NCBI GenBank assembly: GCA_035533595.1
Contig: DATLTN010000031.1
Coordinates: 14,363-78,362, forward strand
Source of the DNA: Acidimicrobiales bacterium
GTDB taxonomy: Bacteria > Actinomycetota > Acidimicrobiia > Acidimicrobiales > Bog-793
DNA length: 64,000 nucleotides
Direction: 5' to 3'
Each line of letters begins with the position of its first letter. Position 1 is the first letter of the stretch. Both the position numbers and the translations under genes were made by a program. The notes under the pieces were generated by a model. That model saw only the letters and a list, made by a program, of their open reading frames with translations, searched no databases and had not been told where the DNA came from. Shown here piece after piece: positions 61,092-64,000 of this stretch.

Positions 61092-62140
61092 GCGCACCCG
61101 CGTCCGGTCGCGGAGCGCGCGACCGCTCCGGCAAGCTGCCCGCACGCGGCGTTGATCTTCTCGCCGCGCGTCTGGCGGATCGTCACGTTTACGCCGAGCT
61201 CGCGCAGCTCATCGCGAAAGCCGCGTACCCGCGTCGGCGGTGAACCGCGAAGGCCGCGCGCTGATCCGCCGACGGTTGGGTTCATCGGGATGAGGTTCAC
61301 GTGGGCGTGCAGCTCTCTGGCGATCGTCGCGAGCTCGCCGGCGTCGGCGTCGCGGTCATTCACCCCGTCGATCAACGCCCACTCGAACGAGAGACGGCGG
61401 TGCGTTGCGGCGACGTACTCGGCACACGCCGCGAGGAGCACCGCGAGCGGGTAGCGGCGGTTGAGGGGTACGAGCTCGTCGCGGAGCGCGTCGTTCGCGG
61501 CGTGCAGCGAGACGGCGAGGTTGACCTGTTCGGGGCGGGCGGCGAGGCGGCGGATGCCGGGGACGACCCCGACGGTCGAGATCGTGAGGTGGCGCTGCGC
61601 GAGGCCGAGCGGTCCGACGAGGCGCTCGACGGCGGTGAGTACCGGGCCGAGGTTGGCGAGCGGCTCCCCCATCCCCATGAAGACCACGTGGTCGAGGCGC
61701 CGACCCTCCTCGCGGGCGCGCCGTGCGGCGTGCACCACCTGCTCGACGATCTCCCCCACCCTGAGCTGGCGATCGAAGCCGTGGTCGCCGGTCGCGCAGA
61801 AGGTGCAGGCCATCGCGCAGCCCGCCTGGGAGGAGATGCAGACGGTCGAGTGGCGGGGGTAGTGCATCAGCACGGTCTCGACGGCGTGGCCGCCGTCGAG
61901 GGCGAAGAGCCACTTCGTCGTCGCGCCGTCGTCGGCGCGCTGCTCGGTGCGGAGCGAGAGTGCGGGAGCGAGGCGTTCGTCGGCGGCGAGGCGCTCGCGG
62001 AGGGTCTTCGGGAGGGTGGTGAGCTCGCCGGGGAGGGCGAGGCGGCGGTAGAGGCCCTCCTCGAGCTGGGCGACGCGGTAGGCGGGCTCGCCGGCGAGCA
62101 CCTCGGCGAGCTCCTCGCGGGAGAGGTCGTAGCGGCTCAT
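61022..62140 (-). CDS. rlmN: 23S rRNA/tRNA (adenine-C2)-methyltransferase, radical SAM
   Basis: MSRYDLSREELAEVLAGEPAYRVAQL...ISSQAGCAMACTFCATG...GMGEPLAN...INAACGQLA. The last 70 nt overlap the sigma-factor gene (convergent). Confidence 0.9.
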   Translation of the reverse strand: MSRYDLSREELAEVLAGEPAYRVAQLEEGLYRRLALPGELTTLPKTLRERLAADERLAPALSLRTEQRADDGATTKWLFALDGGHAVETVLMHYPRHSTVCISSQAGCAMACTFCATGDHGFDRQLRVGEIVEQVVHAARRAREEGRRLDHVVFMGMGEPLANLGPVLTAVERLVGPLGLAQRHLTISTVGVVPGIRRLAARPEQVNLAVSLHAANDALRDELVPLNRRYPLAVLLAACAEYVAATHRRLSFEWALIDGVNDRDADAGELATIARELHAHVNLIPMNPTVGGSARGLRGSPPTRVRGFRDELRELGVNVTIRQTRGEKINAACGQLAGAVARSATGRGCAQPAASPASPPSPAVTSLNRPDR

Positions 62141-63069
62141 GCCGGTGCGAGGTCGGTGACGTAGGCGAGGTCGTGGTGGTCGACGCTGAAGCCGAATGAG
62201 GCGTAGAGGGCCGTCGCCGCCGCGTTGTCGGCGTCCACGTAGAGCATCGCGGTGGCCACGCCGACCCCCGCGAGGTGCACGAGCCCCGCTGCGAGGAGCG
62301 CCCTCCCGAGGCCCTCGCCCTGGTGGGAGGGGTCGACGCCGATGACGAAGATCTCCCCGAGGGCCGGCGACTCGTCGGCGTGCACCTTGGTCCAGCAGAA
62401 ACCGGCGAGGTGGCCGGCGCGCTCGAGGAGGAGGAAGCCCCCGGGGTCGAACCAGGCCAGCCCCTCACGGTCGTGCAGCGTCGAGAGGTCCCAGCCCCCC
62501 TGCTCGGGGTGGCCGGCGAAGGCGCGGGCGTTCACCTCGAGCCAGGCCCGCTCGTCCTCGCCGACGCAAAAGGGGCGCGTCGCCACCGCGGCGGCGGCGA
62601 GCTCCTCCTCGATCGGGAGCGGGCGGCGGAGCTGCAGGAGCTCGCGGCCGCGGCGCAGGCCGAGCGCCGCGGCGACCCGATCGTTCGCCGCGGTCGGCTT
62701 CGGCACCCAGAGGTGGAGGTGCCCCCCGCCTCCCCGGCGCGCCTCGTCGAGCGCGGCGCGCAGCAGCTCGCCCGCGATCCGTTCACCCTCGGCCCCCTCG
62801 CCGCCGTCGCGGCGCGCCGGGTGCACGACGTACTCGACCGCCCAGGAATCCTCGCCGCGGCTGAGCTGGGCGTAACCGACGAGCGCCTGGTGGCCCGGCT
62901 CGCGGGCGACGAAGCCGGCGAAGCCGGCGCGGCCCCCCTGCACGAGGTCGAGCCACTTGTGCTCGCCGAGGGGGGCGTGGCCGTCCGCGGCGCGCGCCGC
63001 CGCGAGCAGGGCGGCGACCTCGGCGAGGTCCTCCTCCCCGAGGCGGCGCTTGGTCTCGATCTGCGGCAC
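62137..63069 (-). CDS. mshD: Mycothiol synthase (two-domain GNAT acetyltransferase)
   Basis: 310 aa. EEDLAEVAALLAAARAADGHAPLGEHKWLDL... and a second GNAT domain ...IFVIGVDPSHQGEGLGRALLAAGL... ATGA overlap with rlmN. Confidence 0.8.
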   Translation of the reverse strand: MPQIETKRRLGEEDLAEVAALLAAARAADGHAPLGEHKWLDLVQGGRAGFAGFVAREPGHQALVGYAQLSRGEDSWAVEYVVHPARRDGGEGAEGERIAGELLRAALDEARRGGGGHLHLWVPKPTAANDRVAAALGLRRGRELLQLRRPLPIEEELAAAAVATRPFCVGEDERAWLEVNARAFAGHPEQGGWDLSTLHDREGLAWFDPGGFLLLERAGHLAGFCWTKVHADESPALGEIFVIGVDPSHQGEGLGRALLAAGLVHLAGVGVATAMLYVDADNAAATALYASFGFSVDHHDLAYVTDLAPA

Positions 63070-63116
63070 GGGAACGACGGTACCGGGCCGCGGCGGCGGC
63101 TCTCGCTTAGCATTCC

Positions 63117-63803
63117 GTGATGGCCGGGCCGCGCACGCCGACGGGGCGGGCGCTCGAGACCCTGCGGCGCCTCGGCGAGCGCTTCCCCGGCAGCGCCACC
63201 GAGCTCTGCGCGCTGCGCCACGAGAACCCCTTTCAGCTGCTCGTGGCGACGATCCTCTCCGCGCAGTGCACCGACGAGCGGGTGAACGCCGTCGTCCCGG
63301 CGGTCTTTGCCGCCTATCCGACCCCCGCCGCCCTCGCCGGTGCCGAGCGCGCCGAGCTCGAGGCGCTGATCCGGCCGACCGGCTTCTTCCGCGCGAAGAC
63401 CCGCAGCCTGCTCGGGATGGGCGCGGCGGTGACCGAGCGCTTCGACGGCGAGATCCCGAGCGCCCTCGCTGACCTCACCACCCTCCCCGGCGTCGGCCGC
63501 AAGACCGCGAACGTGATCCGCTCGGTCGCCTTCGGGCTCCCCGGTCTCCCCGTCGACACCCACGTCGGCCGCCTCGCCCGCCGCCTCGGCCTCACCACCG
63601 AGACCGACCCGGTGAAGGTGGAGCGCGACCTCTGCAGCTACCTGCCGGCGCGCGAGTGGGGGGCGATGAGCCTGCGCCTCATCCTGCACGGACGGGCGAC
63701 GTGCCTCGCGCGCCGGCCGCGTTGCGAGGAGTGCCTGCTCGCCGACTTCTGCCCCTCGGCGGTCCTCCCGGCGGCGGCGAAGCGGCCGAGAAAGAGCGCC
63801 TGA
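63117..63803 (+). CDS. nth: Endonuclease III (DNA glycosylase/AP lyase)
   Basis: NPFQLLVATILSAQCTDERVN...LPGVGRKTANVI...VDTHVGRLARRLGL...C-x6-C-x2-C-x5-C cluster (CLARRPRCEECLLADFC). Confidence 0.9.
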   Translation: MMAGPRTPTGRALETLRRLGERFPGSATELCALRHENPFQLLVATILSAQCTDERVNAVVPAVFAAYPTPAALAGAERAELEALIRPTGFFRAKTRSLLGMGAAVTERFDGEIPSALADLTTLPGVGRKTANVIRSVAFGLPGLPVDTHVGRLARRLGLTTETDPVKVERDLCSYLPAREWGAMSLRLILHGRATCLARRPRCEECLLADFCPSAVLPAAAKRPRKSA

Positions 63804-63806
63804 GAG

Positions 63807-64000
63807 ATGGCGGACGACGGGGCGGCCGGGGCGCTCGCGACCTTCGCCGCGACCTGCGCCGCCGGCGAGCTCCCCGCCGAGGCGCGCCGCGTCCACAAGG
63901 CGCTGATCATCGACGCCGTCGCCTGCGCGGCGGCGGCCTGGGTGACCGCCGTCCCGGCACGCGAGCTCCTCGTCGCGGCGGCGCACCTCGCGCCCGGCCT
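63807..64000 (+). CDS. Possible MmgE/PrpD-family protein, N-terminal fragment (runs off the right edge)
   Basis: My translation from ATG 63807: MADDGAAGALATFAATCAAGELPAEARRVHKALIIDAVACAAAAW..., resembling the LA.F......LP......K..LLD motif of PrpD-like proteins. Only 64 codons are visible. Confidence 0.4.
   Translation, partial: MADDGAAGALATFAATCAAGELPAEARRVHKALIIDAVACAAAAWVTAVPARELLVAAAHLAPG

Noticed and set aside
1-64000. rRNA genes, tRNA genes, CRISPR arrays, prophage structural genes, toxin-antitoxin or known defence-system genes.
   Set aside because: None was recognised in any intergenic region or ORF translation. This is a by-eye negative, and a tRNAscan/Infernal/defence-finder run could still find something small.

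Overview
This is a high-GC actinobacterial chromosome segment. Spot counts of single 60-nt lines give about 72% GC in core genes. Lineage markers are mycothiol synthase mshD, an ECF42 sigma/YCII pair, polyprenol-phosphate mannose synthase and GT87/YfhO-type envelope proteins. Most of the window is ordinary, tightly packed core genome. It includes a translationally coupled rel-hisS-aspS-rarA-alaS-ruvX-aroE block, two SEDS (RodA/FtsW) genes, ppk-ppx, envelope and lipid genes, an ABC-2 exporter + menG-menF operon, glcDEF, a GntR-ABC module, a TetR-MFS module, rlmN, mshD and nth. The one accessory stretch is about 30.9-40.6 kb. It has a lower-GC block (orphan solute-binding protein, esterase, SGNH lipase) followed by a nest of mobile elements. 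The nest is one ISAzo13-family element (imperfect terminal inverted repeats, TTA target duplication on the menF stop codon) whose transposase gene is cut into three collinear pieces. One cut is an IS110-family element, whose 212-nt 5' non-coding end looks like a bridge-RNA locus with short matches to its own insertion site. The other cut is a compact 2.8-kb element encoding only a tyrosine recombinase, a small HTH protein and a zinc-ribbon protein with a degenerate tyrosine-recombinase domain. That element is bounded by a 9-6-9 palindrome and a matching half-site, and I consider it the most novel object here. Smaller curiosities:
- a (CGGCC)9 microsatellite in the rel promoter region
- a frameshifted F420/PPOX-type gene
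- a GntR regulator whose 5' end collides with a DHFR-like gene
- an orphan response regulator
- a 50-codon internally repeated ORF in front of a tandem-YCII/ECF42 operon

I saw no rRNA, tRNA or CRISPR array, by eye only. Many long ORFs in the track are antisense or out-of-frame shadows typical of high-GC DNA. Start codons are often uncertain. All functional calls rest on motif recognition, not on searches.
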